A stretch of DNA of 64,000 nt from assembly GCA_964016885.1 (NCBI GenBank), contig OZ024742.1, forward strand, positions 12,276,001-12,340,000. The letters run 5' to 3'. Source of the DNA: Eledone cirrhosa (Eukaryota). The notes under the pieces were generated by a model. The model had not been told where the DNA came from. It saw only the letters and a program-made list of their open reading frames with translations, and did no database searches. The translations under genes and the position numbers were made by a program. Positions within the stretch are counted from its first letter, which is position 1. Each line of letters starts with the position of its first letter. Positions 60,909 to 64,000 of the stretch are shown in pieces.

Positions 60909-62239
60909 TTATGGTGTGGGTGTTATTGTATTTGTTTTCTGTGTGTGTGTGTGGGGGGGGGGGGGTATTTTCAGTTGTGTTTTAACTTGTGGTGTTAGTT
61001 GCTTTTGTGGTGGTGGTGGAGGTTGTGTTGGTAGTGTTGTAGTTGTTGGTGTGGGCAAAATCGATGTTTTTTTGTTTGCTTTGAAACAGGCAGCCTTCAG
61101 GTGACCTCTACCACCACAGAGGTAACAAACGGGTCGTCTACCCTCCACTGTGATGTGTAGGTAGGCAAGCCCATTCACCAATATGCGGTCGGGGATCCTA
61201 GCAATTTGTTCTGGCTGCATTTGCACCAGAACTTGCAGGCTAGTTCCACCGAACACGTTGCTGGAAGACTTACCTACCGAAATTACTGCATCCTCTTTCA
61301 AGTTTAAGAGACCACACTACTGCCCAGAAATCAATATGTGGATCGATACTGTGTATGGTCAATCCTTGCGTTCTTCTTCCCAAATAAGTGGGGAAGAAAG
61401 TAAATAAGGGGGACACAATTGGGGCCAGGGAATGTTTTTCGGCCGTCAATTTATCTTTCATTCGGATGGATAGACTACCGTAGAGTCTATCCTTCCGAAT
61501 GAATACAATGTTTTTCAGATGATCTTTTAACGCCAGTTCAATCTGTCTGTGTGAGTTTTACTGGCTTACAGGTTTTGTTTGATATTGTCCTATAAATAAT
61601 AGTTTTTAAGCTATTTTCCTTTTTTAGCTCTGGGGCAGAATTTAAAGAAAATAGACCATTCTCCTCCAAAGTTATATACTTCCGTGCATTTTCCATTTGC
61701 TGGGCCATGTTCGAAATGTCAATAGGTTCATAAACAATGTTTTTTTTGGTAGTTTGAGCGAACGTCATTTTGTTCGGCCCCTCTTTGTTTACATTTGTCG
61801 AAATGTGGTTGTTTTCTAATTTTTTGTTGTTACAATTTTCCTTTGTTGTTGTGTTTGTGTTATTTATGTTGTTGTATGCCTTCACATTTTTTTCCCCGTT
61901 GGGATTAGACCCCATTTTTTCAAAATGTTCACTTATATTTTCCTTATCCGAGAGACTTGTAGTCACAGCTACTACTTCTCTTTCAGCTTTGCTGGTGGGC
62001 GTGGCACCGTGAAATGTCGAAACGGCATCCATTAATGTTGGCAATTTCTCCGAGTCAATTTTTTCCACATTTTTTTCATTAGGGTTAGGCTCCATTTTTT
62101 CAATGTTTCTAATAATCATTATTCTTTCAGTAGGGAGGCTTGTTGCCTCAGCTACCCGCTTTCCTTCAGTTTGTTTAGTGGGCGTGTCATCGTTACCTGT
62201 GGTAATGGCTTCCATTACAACTAGCGTAGAGACAATCAC
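60909..62239 (-). pseudogene. LINE ORF1 (gag-like, zinc knuckle), broken by stops and frameshifts
   Basis: Fragments 61538-62239, 61270-61461 and 60909-61301. CYLCGGRGHLKAAC is a CX2CX4HX4C motif preceded by ITVEGRRP. Confidence 0.8.
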
Positions 62240-62442
62240 AAGTTTTTAGGATGAAAGATTTCTCCACAAAAGGGGTGAAATAAATTAACCCTAATGTCCG
62301 AAGACCCAGGCAAGGGGGTTAATTAACACAATAATGCAAGAATACAGACAAACACTTACTGTTAACACGTAATATCTCCAATACTCACGGAGCCGATGTG
62401 AAGAACGTCTATACCATCCAGAGATAGATATATAGATAGATA

Positions 62443-63250
62443 GATTTCTTTAGTTGCCACAAGGGCGCACAAGAAAAGGGGACAATACAAAGACATGCCG
62501 GGGATTTTACATACAGTCGTGTAAAAAAATATAAAACAAACAATTACAACAATCGAAATCCCCAATAGGGGGAAGCGCCACAAATGGGTTGTTTAATACC
62601 CCGTCGAAAGAACAACCCTCAACTCCAGGAGCGTGTTGTTCAAGTGTTCCTTTCTTCCTTTTGCTCTCTTATTTAACATACAGGCTTATAAACAGAGAAG
62701 GTCCAATCACTCAGGCCATTTTCGCTTCATTCATCCACGTTTCAGTAAATTTACTGGGGTGCAGTGCCTCTCTCTCCACTCTGATCCACCTTCTACAGTA
62801 GTATCTAAAGAAGGGAATGAGTTGTTGTCCGGAGAGAAAGGCATCTGTCCTGAGACCTCTCAATCTCGTCCACCATATAACCTCTTTCACCATAGCCACT
62901 ATACAGAGAGAAACCGCCTCTCTTTCGTTTTTGAAAGAAGTTGGCGTTTTGATCCTTACTATGAACTCGACAGTCAACTGGATTTGTCCCATACGCGACA
63001 GCAGTTGTTCTACATAGTTCCACGGGTCAGTTACGCCCGAGCAATGTACAATTGCGTGCAAGACGGTTTCAATGTCCTGCGCGCATCTTTACACGTCCTC
63101 TTGGAAAGATCCCTGCCGGGGCGTCCGTGCCTGTAGATATTGTCTCGAACTGGTAGAGCTCCTTGGTAGGACTCCAGGCCAGGGACCTCTGTAAGTTGTC
63201 CATAGGTCCCGGGCGGAAAGTCCTACCAAACAGACTGGTAAGCTCCTCAA
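62443..63250 (-). mobile_element. Older 5'-truncated copy of a related Tx1/L1-like LINE (ORF2 C-terminus and 3' UTR)
   Basis: ELTSLFGRTFRPGPMDNLQRSLAW and HAIVHCS..AMVKEVIWWTRL match the first element. The 3' UTR ttgccacaagggc is homologous to 54512 onward, and the element ends in (GATA)n. Confidence 0.9.
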
Positions 63251-63284
63251 TATAAGACATATTAGGAAGGTTTGTACGTACTTA

Positions 63285-63349
63285 GGTTGCAGGAACCGAA
63301 CTCACAACCTCACGATTGCGAATGCGATACTCTAACCACTCAGCCACAC
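63285..63349 (-). mobile_element. tRNA-derived SINE head or tRNA pseudogene fragment
   Basis: On the minus strand GTGTGGCTGAGTGGTTAGAG (A box) ... GAGTTCGGTTCC (B box); no intact cloverleaf. Confidence 0.65.
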
Positions 63350-63365
63350 ACTTCTCTGTCTCTCC

Positions 63366-63424
<59 letters not shown>

Positions 63425-63429
<5 letters not shown>

Positions 63430-63615
63430 CGAAGGACATGTGGTAAGGAATCAGGTGGACCATAATGCACCAGAGTACTCGATATATATATAGGACAAGA
63501 GTCAGAACCCCGACGGCAGAGTTCAAGCCGTTTCGACAGGTATTCTGGCCCACATATAGCTGTCGAAACGGCTTGAACTCTGCCGTCGGAGTTCTGTCTC
63601 TTGTCCTATATGTAT
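63425..63615 (-). mobile_element. Palindromic MITE-like repeat, copy 2 (arms of about 55-60 bp)
   Basis: tataggacaagagtcagaaccccgacggcagagttcaagccgtttcgacag pairs with ctgtcgaaacggcttgaactctgccgtcggagttctgtctcttgtcctata. The side module is the reverse complement of 49728-49790, and the element is embedded in (TA)n. Confidence 0.75.
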
Positions 63616-64000
63616 ATATATATATGTGTGCGTCAGGCGACTCTCGACTGCTACTGATGACATGTAACCCAGTACAACCTGTCGCATAATCGGGTCGTCG
63701 GCGACAAAACCGCCAGCCGCATCAAGTTTACTTGGTGAGGAGGGTGATTTTGGACATCCGGCAGGACAAAAACAAAACCTGACAAAGGGCGGAAGAACTC
63801 ATAAGAGTCAACGGCCATCCATAAATTGTGTAAATATGTATATAGTGTATATAGTGTATATTTGGGAGCAGTGGTCGACAATCTGTCTAGGAGAGGGAGC
63901 ACTCTGATTTCAAAGCCGGGGCGGACAGAGTTCTTTGGCCTTGATAGGCAATATGTCAAACCAATCCTGACTGGGTTAAACGACGACATTGGTAAGCAGG

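Larger units (their letters stand above)
54499..62421 (-). mobile_element. Full-length but degenerate Tx1/L1-clade non-LTR retrotransposon, interrupted by an LTR element
   Basis: ORF1 with a CCHC knuckle, ORF2 with APE, RT and a C-terminal cysteine motif, and AATAAA on the minus strand at 54507-54512. It is flanked by 21-bp direct repeats agatagata(c/t)atagatagata at 54478-54498 and 62422-62442. Confidence 0.9.

Noticed and set aside
63650-63700. CTGATGA near 63654 as a hammerhead core
   Set aside because: No downstream GAAA or compatible stems

Overview
Eukaryotic, gene-free, repeat-only window. It is probably from an octopus: the SINE at 49.1 kb resembles the abundant Octopus tRNA-derived SINE as I remember it, which is an inference. 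Bases 1-48505 are a head-to-tail tandem array of about 94 units of 455-611 bp, each about 430 bp of conserved sequence plus a variable (TA)n tract. Each unit carries a type I hammerhead-ribozyme-like motif on the + strand: CUGAUGA, stem II, GAAA, a palindromic CUAG loop III and an extended, bulged stem I of about 24 bp. The array therefore looks like a retrozyme or ribozyme-satellite locus. Two near-fixed departures from the consensus (G17 at the cleavage site and U.U at the base of stem II) leave activity unproven. The last 15.5 kb hold micro- and minisatellites, SINEs, MITEs and a three-level nest. An old 5'-truncated Tx1/L1-like LINE has a (GATA)n tail, which received a full-length degenerate relative with a 21-bp TSD. 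That LINE in turn received a young non-coding LTR element with two 375-bp LTRs, a GCTA TSD and an over-long tRNA-Trp primer site. The many IY/HT/CV-rich ORFs are microsatellite artefacts.
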